Assembly: GCF_006345805.1 (NCBI RefSeq)
Contig: NC_043004.1
Location: 558,001-622,000 of the forward strand
Length of the DNA stretch: 64,000 nucleotides
Direction of reading: 5' to 3'
Source of the DNA: Octopus sinensis
Taxonomy: Eukaryota
Part shown: piece by piece, positions 1-12,522 of the stretch
Layout of the letters: each line of letters starts with the position of its first letter
How positions within the stretch are numbered: position 1 is the first letter of the stretch
Notes under the pieces: model-generated
Told to the model about the DNA's origin: nothing
What the model saw: the letters and a program-made list of their open reading frames with translations, nothing else
Databases searched by the model: none
Made by a program: the position numbers and the translations under genes

Positions 1-2344
1 TTAAACACTTGACAATTCTGCAGTCATACATTATACTTTAAACAAATGGTTTCTTTTTATGTTTGTTTTTTTTTTAATCTTCACATTCATCCATTTTTAA
101 ATGCTTCCAGGAACCGTTTTTCCATATGAGAAGAGGATTTTAATTCCTCCCTTCACTCTTCTTCATTTCTGGAGAAAGGGAAAACTGCAAGTGTCCCCTT
201 ATGACTTTTCTGACATTGCAAAACTTCTGATTCTGGGAACAAAAAAAAAAAAAGCAAGGGAGAAAGTGATTTGAGCCTTGCCTTGTACTTTAAATGATGA
301 GTGGACATTAAATGATGAGGATGCTGATGATGAAGGATGAAAATGAAAGTTGACCAAGCAGGGTTTGAACTCTGATCACAGAGAGCTTGAATAAATACTA
401 GAAGGCATTCTAGTTGATGCCCTAATAATTTTGTCAGCTGCCCCTTATAATGCATTACTATCCTTAGTGAGTCTTGAACTTACAATCTCTGTATTTCTAC
501 CAATATCTTCTATCTTTTACTTGCTTCAGTCATTAGACTGTGGCCATGCTGGGGCACCGCTTTGAAGAATTTCAGTTGAACGAATCGACCCCAGTACTTA
601 TTCTTTTTAAGCCTGATGCTTATTCTATCAGTCTCTTGTGCCAAACTGTTAAGTTACAGGGATGTAAACACACTAATGCCGGTTGGCAAGCAGTGGTGCA
701 GGACAAACACAGACACACAAAGATATATACACACATACATATGACAGGCTTCTTTCAGTTTCCATCTACCAAATCCATTTGCAAGACTTTGGTCGACCTG
801 AGGCTATTGTAGAAGGCACTTGCCCAAGGTGTCATGCAGTGAGACTGAACCCAGAACCATGTGGGTGGTAAGCAAGCTACTTAACACACAGCCACTCATG
901 CGCCTATGTTTGCATATTATTTATAATTTTCCAGTTTCTGTAAGAAACACTACAGTAGAAGACAAGGTGCCATGTGGTGGGACTGAACCTGGAACCATGT
1001 GGTTGGGAAGCAAGCTTCTTACCACACAGCCACGTTGGAAAAAAAAAACACAAGGACTGCACTGTGTATAAGTATGGACCAGACCTTCATTTGGAGATAT
1101 TAATGAATTGTAACCTCTTTCATAGCCGGGTGGGGACGAGAAATAGAGATTTAATTATGTTTGTCTGTAACAGAGGGAAATATTGGTGATAGGAAGTGAA
1201 TCATTGACATTTCACTCAGCTGTAGACACTCTCACTTCAACTAACGGATGACTTGTGGCTTTTTCTCATCCAGGTCATCTAACCATAAAATACTGCTAGA
1301 AATAACAGCCATATTTCCATTAAATCACACTTGAAAGATCTTCAAAATGATGATATATAAGACTGTATTTGATATGATATCTCAGATTACATTAGTTGAT
1401 ATATTGTCATCATCATCATTTAACATTTGTTTTTCATGCTAGCATATAGGTGCAGGTGTAGCCGCATGGTAAGAAACTTGCTTTCCAACCACACGGTTCT
1501 CGGTTCAGTCCCATTGTGTGGCACCTTGGGCAAGAGTCTTTTACTGTAACCTCAGACCAACCAAAGCCTTGTGGAATGCGTTTGGTAGACGGAAACTGAA
1601 AGAAGGTTGTCGTGTGTGTGTGAGTCTATGTTTGTCCCCCCCCTCCACTAGAGACCTGGTGTTGGTGTGTTTATGTCCCTGTAACAATAGCGGTTCAGCA
1701 AATGAGATAACTACCAGGCTTGACAAAAAATTAGAAAAATAAATATCGGGCTTGATTCGTGTAACTAAAAATTCTTCAAGTCAGTGCTCCAGCATGGCCA
1801 CAGTCTAATGACTGAAACAAGTAAAAGATAAAAGATATGAGGCTTGAATGACTGTCCGGATAGTCATAGTCGGATTGCTTGAAATAGCAGTCAAATTGCC
1901 TTTAAATCATACCATTCCATCTTAAACCGTTCCATCCATGCCAGTATGGAAAGTGGACGATAAATGATGTTGATGATGATGATGATGATGTATGATTAAA
2001 TTAACCCAGCATATTGCTTATTGTTATCCAATCTTCCATGAAAACATGTCCAGTCATGAGGAAATAACTTACCTGGAGACAAGTGAGGGTTGGCAGCTGG
2101 AATGGCATCCACCTGCTGAAATTCTTCCTAAACAAAATCCATCTGGCCCATGCAAACATGGAAAGTGGTCGTTATGATGATGATGATGGTGGTGGTGGTG
2201 GTGGTGATGATGTTGCTTTGGCCTTTAGTGCAAACTTTCTTTTTAGTACTTTTGGTTGTGTGCCAATATATCTATGAAGAATAATCTACAAAGACTCAGT
2301 CTGATTTCTATATTCCATACCTCCTTTGATCTACTTCTCTCTTC

Positions 2345-2700
2345 ATCATCATCATCATCATCGTTTAACGTCTGCTTTCCATGCTGGCATGGGTTGACGG
2401 TTCGACTGGGGTCTGGGAAGCCAGGAGGCTGTACCAGGCTCCAGTCTGATCTGGCAGTGTTTCTACAGCTGGATGCCCTTCCTAACACCAACCACTCCGT
2501 GAGTGTAGTGGGTGCTTTTTACGTGCCACCAGCACAGATGCCAGGCGAAGCTGGCAATGGCTATGATCGGTTGGTGCCTTTTATGTGCCACCAGCACGGA
2601 GGCTAGTCGAGGCGGTGCTGGCAATAGCCATGTTTGGATGGTTCTTTTACGTGCCACCGGCACTGGTATCACAACTACAATTTCCATTGATTTTTGATCA
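2345..2700 (+). mobile_element. SINE-like family B with (CAT/ATG)n end and internal ~60-bp tandem units, representative copy (also 11130-11470, 13130-13540, 46870-47355, 62700-63225)
   Basis: catcatcatttaacgtc..ccatgctggcatgggttg..ggatgcccttcctaa(c/t)gccaacc..gtgccaccggcac recurs throughout the window on both strands. Confidence 0.85.
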
Positions 2701-3272
2701 GTTTCACTTGCCTCAACAGGTCTTTGCAAGCAGAATTTTGTGTCCCAAGAAGGAAAGGTATGCATAAGTGGACTGGCTACATCCCTGGTAAAGGCCATGT
2801 GTTATGGTCTCACTTGTCCTACCGGGTCTTCTCACGCACAGCATATTTCCAAAGGTCTCAGTCACTAGTCTCTTATTTGTATATTTTCCATTACAAGTCC
2901 TCAAATATACCTCGCCTATATATATATATGTGTGTGTGTGTGTGTAGTTATAGTGTCTAAAATAGCTTAGTTCTCTAACACCTACTTCTCAGGCTCAGTT
3001 ACCATATTTACTAAAAAAAAAAGTGCTTCTAGGTGCAGGAGTGGCTGTGTGGTAAGAAGCTTCCTTCCCAACCACATGTTTGGTCAAGCTATGGCACCTT
3101 GGGCAAGTGTCTCCTACTATAGATTCAGGCCAACCAAAGCCTTGTGAGTGGATTTGGTAGATGGAAATTGAAAGAAATCTGTCGTATTTATATATATGTA
3201 TGCATGCATGTATTAATTAATAATAATAAATTGCCAACAAAAGAATGAGACCTCGATATTATGAAAATAGAG

Positions 3273-3330
<58 letters not shown>

Positions 3331-3587
3331 TTGTGTGATTGTGTTTGTCCTGCCAACATCACTTGAAAACTGATGCTGGTGTGTTCATGTCCCAGCATCG
3401 TAACCTAGAGGTTCGGTGAGAGAGACTAATAGAATAAGTTCTAGGCTTACAAAGAATAAGTCCTGGGGTCAGTTTGTTCGACTAAAGGTGATGCTCCAGC
3501 ATGGCTGCAGTCAAATGACTGAAACAAGTAAAAGAATTTAGAAGGTATTTTACTTAGTAATAAAGGTGTGGATCTGAGAGGGGAATA

Positions 3588-3960
3588 TCTCTCTCTATAT
3601 AAACGGCAGTTTGTCTGTGCGTTTTCTGTGTGTCTGTTTTCTCGTACCCTCACTCTGACCACGGCTTTCAACCGATTCTGATGAAACTTGACACACACAT
3701 AGCCCAATGTCATAATTCAAAACTAACGCAGCAAAAATTTTGAAAAGTTCCCCCAGTTCTGAAAAAAATCGATAAATTCGACATGGGGTCGAGAATCAGA
3801 AACCCAAACCACAGACCGTCTAGGGGACGCAACTCCACCTTTTTTAACTCTCAAAAAAAATTTACAATCATTTTTTTGCTATTTTTTGGCTATAACTCTC
3901 TAAAAATGCTTTATAGTTATTTCCCTTACAAACCTGAGCAACGCCGGGCGATACTGCTAG
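3588..3960 (+). mobile_element. non-autonomous Helitron-like element
   Basis: A|TC(TC)nTATATAAA start; subterminal hairpin cctgagcaacgccggg; CTAG|T end; A/T target and no TSD. Confidence 0.75.
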
Positions 3961-4125
3961 TCTTGAATAAAATCATGTATTTTCATTCACCCAAAACCAA
4001 AAACTTTTACCAGGCCCTCGTATATTTGGAATGGATGTAACTAGTTTAAATGTTAAGAGGTTAATTTTCATTACCTGCTGTTTCTTACTTGGAGCGGTGA
4101 TGATGGAATCCTTGTAGATAACCTG

Positions 4126-4185
4126 TGACGTGAACACTTATCAGAACTGTGACGTCACATGACTCAAATTTGGACCTATAATAAA
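4126..4185. promoter_or_regulatory. cluster of bZIP sites (TGACGTG 4126, TGACGTCA 4150, TGACTCA 4160) with a TATA-like tract
   Basis: Three bZIP-type motifs within 41 bp of non-repeat sequence. Function is not demonstrated. Confidence 0.3.
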
Positions 4186-5935
4186 TGTTTATTTAAATGT
4201 GGTTAATACCATATGATGACAGACTATGAAGAAGCCAACACTTATACAAGCTTTTAACCCATTTTGTTACCATATTTTGATTCGAAACCCACTGCTTTTG
4301 TTTTAACTAATTTCAGAAATAGTTGAGAATTTTGTAGAATAGACCTATTGAGTCAAGTACATCAACATCAACATAAATATCAAATGGAAATTGTAGTTAT
4401 GATACCTGTGCTGGTGGCACGTAAAAAGCACCATCTGAACGTGGGCGATGCCAGCGCCGCCTCGACTGGCTTCTGTGCCAGTGGCATGTAAAAAGCACCA
4501 ACCGATCATGGCTGCTGCCAGCCTCCCCTGGCACCTGTGCCAGTGGCACATAAAAAGCACCCACTACACTCACGGAGTGGTTGGCATTAGGAAGGGCATC
4601 CAGCTGTAGAAACACTGCCAAATCAGACTGGAGCCTGGTGCAGCCTCCTGGCTTCCCAGACCCCGGTCGAACCATCCAACCCATGCTAGCAGGGAAAATG
4701 GACGTTAAATGATGATGATGATTAAGCTGATGTTTGGAGTATAAAATAACATGGCATTTTGATGGACGGTTTTAATCTGTTAACATTTAAACTGACTGTT
4801 TCTGGCCCAAATATTCTACCTGTTTTATGTTGAAACTGGCCAGGTGTGGCCTCTCACACCTATTCTACTATGTCATTCTAAAAATATACAATTATGTCAA
4901 CAAAATTTCAACGCTATGAGATAATGCATGATTAATTCAAAACAGCATGGATGAAGAAGCATTACATTTCATGGATTAATTTGAGTGCTGAAGGGTTAAT
5001 GTGGATCTCTTTAAACCTGGAGGTTTATATCATAGAACAAAGGGTTAGTCTCAGGTGGGTTGATATCAAGAGTCTTGAAACTAACTGCAATGCACACAAA
5101 ACACTGATAAAAATTATTTACTCAGGTTGATGAAATGCTATCCAGTAAACCAGTAAATGGTAAATGCATGGATTCCACTGTGTGGCACCTAGGGCAATCC
5201 TTGCTACTATAGGCACAATACCTGAAAATTGGGGGAAGGGGCTAGTCGATTACATCAACCCTAGTGCTTAACTGATACTTATTTCATTGACCCCGAAAGA
5301 ATAAAAGGCAAAGTTGACCTTGGTGGAATTTGAAACCAGAACATATCGATGGGTGAAATGCCACTAAGCATTTCATCTAGCGTGCTAACGATTCTGCCAG
5401 CTTGCTGCTTTAAATAATAATGATAATAATTTCTCAGGTAAATGCCAAAACAAATTTCAATATGTCAATGTATCACACTTTGGCCCCTTCTCTTACTATT
5501 CAGTGACACTTCTATTATTCCTCATGTTGGGGCGAGAGTAATAGTAGGCATAGAGATGGTGAGGGCAGTAGTAGATTGACGGTTGTGATAGTAATGGGGT
5601 TTTTGTAATAGCATGAGCTGTAGTTGTGATAGAGGCGGAGGCGATGGTGATGGTGATGGTAGTGGTAGCCAAGGCAATTAGGGATGATGGTGAAAGACAC
5701 TGGTGATGATGGTGGAAGGGAAGGCAGCGAAGTTGAAGGTATTGATGGTGTTGGCGTCAGATGTTTGAATGGTGTGTGTATGGCAGTTGTGACAATGGTG
5801 GTGGTACTGGTGATGGTGATGGTTGAAAACAATCAACAGAAAGAGATAGAGAGAGAGAGAAAGAAAGAGGTTGTACAGAAAGAAAAATTGTACTGACCCC
5901 TGAATGGGAAGACAAAAATTGTTGTTTATCATGTG

Positions 5936-5985
<50 letters not shown>

Positions 5986-6011
5986 CACACACACACACAT
6001 ATATATATATG

Positions 6012-6065
<54 letters not shown>

Positions 6066-7534
6066 TATACATGGTTCCAGGTTCAGTCCCACTGCGTGGT
6101 ACATTGGGCAAGTGTCTCTATAGCCTCGGGCAGAACCAAAGCCTTGTGAGTGGATTTGGTAGACGGAAAGTGAAAGAATCCCATATATGTGTATATGTTT
6201 GTGTGTCTGTATTTGTCTCACCAACATCTCTTGATAACTGATGCTGGTGTGTTTATGTCCCCGCAACTTAGCGGGTCGGCAAAAGAAACTGATAGAATAA
6301 GTACTAGGCTTACAAAGAATAAGTCCTGAGATCAATGTGGTTGACTAAAAGTGGTGCTCCAGCAAATGACTGAAACAAATAAAAGAGTAAAAGAGTACAT
6401 GATATCTAGGGAGTCTTGCATCATGCATGTTCACTTCGCTGCAGTTTACTTAGGAAAACATATGCGTTTGACATATTAGCTCTCTGTAGCGCAGTAGTAT
6501 TAGGAATTTTATCTTGCCACTTGATAGAGACTCTCAGTGACATGGTGGGTCAAAGAGGAGATACAAAAATACTCTGAAAACAGGAATAATCAGAAAAACT
6601 AACGAGTGGAGGGCTGTCACATTGGGTCCTGGTTTTGCTGTTACGTGCCTCCAGTATAAGCATGGATTTTATGCAAATATCGAACTAAGCCACCTCAAGA
6701 CCCACAAGAATTCAGCTGCTAATTTCGTCATCTTCTGACACATGAAGGACAAATGTCAATGCTAGATAACAGATACATGCTTATAGCAATTTACAAAAGT
6801 GCTGTTAACCTAGGTTTTGTGGTAATTTGGATGTTTTTATTTCAGAAATATATTGCAACGGGAACCAAATTCGTGTAAACAAGTGAAAATGTGTTTGCAG
6901 GCAGGCTTGTTACGTTTGCAGAGTAGCTCTTAGATATGTTGTTGTGCGTTTGTAAGAAAGTAGTTCACGAGATAAGATATGTGTGCTATACTCAACGTTG
7001 ACCGCTCTTTGATGGAAAGGTCAGCAACTTTGTTAAGTCTAATACTACATGCTTCAATTATACAAATGATTATATCTATTTATACACACACACACACATA
7101 GAGTGAGAGATACATTCATGCACACGCACACACATAGTAATGGTATATTCTGTTAAGATTGCAGTAGAGTACAGTATAAAACTCGTCCACCTCCAGATTT
7201 CACCCTGTGCTATCCAGTAGTAGTATTATATGCACTTCCAGGTTGGTGTTTGGGCTTCTGCTGTGTGTGACAAGATAATTTTTCCAGTTATAATATATAT
7301 ATTACTGGTATCCTTATATATTACTCTATTTTATATCTTATATCTTATATGTAAAGAATTATATGCCATATGTATGTATGTTATTTTAATTATCAGTTTA
7401 ATAAATAAATAAGTTAAGATTTTAATGTCCAAAAGTTGATGAACCACCTATTGTTCTCCTCCATTTTCTTATTTGCGATATATACATAAATACATATATA
7501 TAATCAAAATAAGCAACAAGGATATCCAAGGTAG

Positions 7535-7620
7535 AGTAGTACAATTGTTTCATGCTACTTCATTTTATTAAACACTAAGTATTACATCAGTTTTAAAATG
7601 TCGAGCAATCTTCAGCCACT
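7535..7620 (-). ncRNA. hammerhead-like motif with long stem II, third sequence type
   Basis: AGUGG CUGAAGA U UGCU...AGCA U GAAAC AAUU GUA CUACU; palindromic ACAAUUGU stem III; U-U closes stem II (atypical). Confidence 0.55.
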
Positions 7621-7861
7621 TATAGAATTTTTCAATTAAACGGACAATGCACATTCTTATACTTATATATATAATCATCATATCATGCATATACATCGTT
7701 ACACACACACATATGTTTATATATCTATAATTTAGTAATCTGAGTCTAAACTATCTAGGTTTCTGTAAGAAGCCCATGGAGCCAAATCTAACTGTTTTAA
7801 ATGAGACATGTAACTCCTACTAAATGCATTGAGGGCCTTTTCTTTTGATTGTCCTCTCACT

Positions 7862-7989
<128 letters not shown>

Positions 7990-8959
7990 AGTACACACAC
8001 ATAACTGTTAGACACCCCAAAAAACTGAGTTAGAAAATTTATTGACTCAGGCTGATTAAATGTTAAATCAGTGAACTTCTCCATAAATGTTAAACTCAAG
8101 GATTTGAGATCATCATCATCGTTATCATCATCATTTAACGTCCGCTTTCCATGCTGGCATGGGTTGGACGGTTTGACTGAGGACTGGCAAGCCAGAAGGC
8201 TCTACTAGGCTCCAATCTGATTTGGCAATGTTTCTACACCTGGATGCCCTTCCTAATGCCAACCACTCCGAGAGTGTAGTAGATATTTTTTACGTTTTAC
8301 CATCAAGAGGGCCAGTCAGGTGGTACTGGCATCGACCACGCTTGAATGGCGCTTTTTACATGCCATCGGCACGGGAGCCAATCAGGTGGCACTGGCATCG
8401 ACAACACTGGAATGGTGCTTTTTACATGCCACCGGCACAGGAGTTAGTCAGGCAGTGCTGGCATTGGCCATGACAATGACTTTGAGATGTTATTATGAAT
8501 TTTACATAATTTAGAATAATTTTTTTATTGAATATATTAAGTAAATAAGAAACATACTAATAATATCACATATTTTAGCTACTTAATGGACAGTTAGCAA
8601 TTTGGGGTAAAAACAAGCATTTTACCATAGAAAGTGTTTTCAAAGTACCTGAAAGAAAAACAGAACATGAATGTTATACTATATACATACATACACACAC
8701 ATACATACATACATATATAAATGGATGAATGAATTATCCTTTGATTACAGTTAACATGGAAAATTCAATAAACAGTTACCAGGCTAGCAAAATTCACGCA
8801 AGTAACAAGGATGTAGCGACCTATTCAAAGGTAGAAACTCTGGGTTAATGTGCAGTAATTTATTTACTTATACATACATACACATATATATACATATATA
8901 TACACACACACACACACATACATACATACATATATGTATATACATATGTATAGACACAT

Positions 8960-9001
<42 letters not shown>

Positions 9002-9384
9002 GCACACACACACACACACACACACACACGTGTGTGTGGAGTATTTATTTATGCATATTGTTGCTATTATGTTAAAGTGTTGTATGTCCAAATTTGGCCA
9101 AATGTGTTTACTTCAATATTTATTTTTGCTTGCAATAGCTGGTTCTTTTGGTCAAACTATTGTATCTCCAGCAGCTTCAGATGCCAAGATAACAAAAATT
9201 GTCAAAGTGTAGTACAACAGTTTTGCTATGGAATGGTGAAACTGTTTTTTTTTTTTTGTTTTTTGAAAAGACAATGTTTTGAACTTACGAGATCATTTGC
9301 ATAATAGCAACGATTTACAATCGTAGAATATTAGTTATCTTCCTTCTAAATGTGAGATTAAATTTTTTGTCTTTGATTTTTCAG

Positions 9385-9790
9385 GAGAGGATGGGTGTGA
9401 GGAAGGTCATTTTCCCATGTGACCTTCCTCACTGGAACATTGTAAGCCAGCAGCTATTACAGCTTCAGTTCTATTGCCAAAGTTCTGGTGCTACACCTCA
9501 AGGGTTAGCCCAGCTCCACCAGCAGATTTTCCTGCAGATCAGAAGCAAAGGTCCACCGACCCCATTCACCTACCATGAAGGCACCAGCAGTAGTCAACCC
9601 AAGGAGCTGTCTACAGCTGAAAGTCAACCATGTGTTTATCAAGGCCTTGTGATTTTCCTGGAACAAGTTGCTAGCATCGATGAAAAGGACTGCTTCCTGC
9701 ACTTCATCTTCCCTGCCGTTATCGATATGGCCTGTAATATCAAGGAATTAATTCCACAGGAAGGTATACCTCTCTGTCGGAAGCAGTGCA
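9385..9790 (+). CDS. PARG-like: PARG-like coding exon 1 (probable ATG at 9391)
   Basis: ttttcag acceptor, then ERMGVRKVIFPCDLPHW...IFPAVIDMACNIKELIPQEGIPLCRKQC, then donor gtaagt at 9791 (phase 1). The acceptor implies an upstream exon that was not identified with confidence. Confidence 0.85.
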
Positions 9791-12484
9791 GTAAGTTGCT
9801 ATTCACTTATCTTTAACCAGGTGTTTCTTTCTTTTTTTTTTTTGTTTTAGGAAACATTGGGCCCAGACGTGATTGTGTCGTTAAGAGGTTTGCTTCCCAA
9901 CCATTTAATTCTGAGTTTAGTCCTGTGGACAAGTGCTTTCTACTATATATTTCTTTACTACCCACAAGGGGATAAAGTCGATTACATCGACCCCAGTGCG
10001 AAACTGGTACTTTATTTATCGACCCGAAAGGATGAAAGGCAAAGTCAACCTTGGTGGAATTTGAACTCAGAATGTAAAACAGACGAAATACCTATTTCTT
10101 TACTACCCACAAGGTGCTAAACACTGAGGGGACAAACAAGGACAGACAAACGGATTATGTCGATTATATCGACCTGAGTGCGTAACTAATTTATTTATCG
10201 ACCTCGAAAGGATGAAAGGCAAAGTTGACCTCGGCGGAATTTGAACTCAGAACATAACGGCAGACGAAATACCGCTAAGCATTTCGCCTGGCGTGCTAAC
10301 AATTCTGCCAGATCACCGCCTAATTAACAACCAACAACAATAGTAATTAATTAATTAAGAAACACAAAAAGCCTTGTGAAATCAGCTAGCCAGGGTTTCC
10401 TGGCTGGAATGTTGAATTGTTTTTTTGCTACTGTTCAAACTGGCAAAGTCAACAAAGCAGTTTAGTAAACTGTTTGGTGTAATCAAAGTTTGAATAAGCA
10501 CACGGCTTGAAAAAAGACAGAAACCAATCAAAGGGAGATAATTAAGTGTGCAGGAAATGCTGACATTCTTTTACAAGTGTTGAAAGTTCCAGAAACCAAC
10601 ATTGGAATTGGTTACCTTTAATTCTTGTGGTTTGTCTTTAATTCTTGCTAAGATGTACTTTGCAGAATGTGGACATGATGAAAACATCTCAGTGTTTGGT
10701 ATTCATATAGTCCCTGGAGGTTCTTAGGTTCTTTAAAAGATTGTTTTTGAAGCAAGCATATGGAACGTCTTTAACACAAGGTCTTGTAAAGGATCTTCCA
10801 TTTGATGTAGCTGATGGTCAGATCTTTAAGTCTCTAGATTAATACTGAAAGGGTTGATGTATGTCCCCTTGGGTTGCCTAAAGCTAGAAAGATGGATGTT
10901 GTGTTTAATTTGTGTGTGTGTTTGTGCCTTCTTGCATTGACATGACATTGCATGATAGTTGTAAATGAGTGCCACTGTCATACAAGCGGTGTCCTTCATT
11001 TTCAATCTGCTATGGAAAACCTGTTTGGCTATGGGGAAATATTACCATAGGAACCAGCGTCGCCTTACTGGCACTCGAGCCATGTGCTACTAGGGTATTA
11101 AGAGCACCATCCGAGCATGATCGTTGCCAGAGTGGCTATTTGGCCTCCGTGCCAGTGGCACGTAAAAGACACCATTCGAGCGTGATCGTTACCAGCATCG
11201 CCTTACAGGCACCTGTGCCGGTGGCATGTGTAAAAGATTCGAGCAAGGTCGTTGCCAGTACCACCTGACTGGCCCCCGTGCAGGTGGGACGTAAAAGCAC
11301 CCACTACACTCTCGGAGTGGTTGGCGTTAGGAAGGGCATCCAGCTGTAGAAACTCTGCCAGATCAAGATTGAAGCTTGGTGCAGTCATCTGGTTCGCCAG
11401 CCCTCAGTCATTCGTCCAACCCATGCTAGCATGGAAAGCGGACTTTAAATGACGATGATGATGATGATGAAACAGGTGAGTGTCAGTGACAAGAAGAGTG
11501 TCCAACCGTAGAAAAATCTGCCTCCACAGATTCTGTCTGACCCAAGCAAACCTGGAAAAGTGGACGTTAAATGACAACGATGATGATTGATAATGTAGTT
11601 TTAGATACTCTGTGTCTGAATAGAAGTTGGCATGATTGTAGCTGAAACATCTTTAATCATAAGTCTGCTTGAATTAAGGTTGACCTGCAGTTAAAAGCAA
11701 CAACTCATGTTTATTGATGCATTGAAGCACACATAAAACCGATTAGGTTCATGCAAACACACACACACACACACACACATGCAGACACACACACACACAT
11801 GCAGACACACACACACGCACACACACACACATTTGTACCTCTCCATTTGTACCTCTCAGAGAAGTAATTATTGATTATCTTTTATATTTCCGCAGCCAAA
11901 AGCATTGCAGTCAGCCGTAACTTAATGTCAGCCATCATTTCATGTGCATTTCTGTGCCTGTTTCCAGAGAGGAAGAAAGAGAAAACATCGCGGCTAAATA
12001 ATATTAATTTCTCTAATTTCTTTCGCTACCTTCCTCTGTAAGTAGCTAGAATTACCATATATTTTCTTCTTCTTCTTTAGTGTTCCTTCATATACACTCA
12101 TCCATTCATTGGAGAAAACACAGCAGCCACATATGAACATAGATATATATGTAAATGTAGGCGCAGGCATGGCTGTGTGGTATGAAGCTTCATTCCCAAC
12201 CACATGGTTCCAGGTTCAGTCCCACTGTTGGCCCCTTGGGTAAGTGTCTTCTACTATAGCCTGGAGCCGGTCAAAGCTTTGTTAGTGGATTTGGTAGAAT
12301 ATCAGCAATATTGAGGAATATGTTGTCATGAAACGCGTGTAGTAAAGTATATAATTTGGAATAAGAATTGAAGGTATTAATTTTGATTATTTTAATACTT
12401 AGTCCTATATGTATCTATTGTGGATAATGTCATTCAATGATGATTGGAATTGCTTGAGGGTAATTCTGTCTCTTAAACCTATCT

Positions 12485-12522
<38 letters not shown>

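Noticed and set aside
109-950. Tandem paralog of the PARG-like 3' end suggested by the shared 40-bp flank
   Set aside because: No sequence resembling exon 9 or exon 10 is present nearby.
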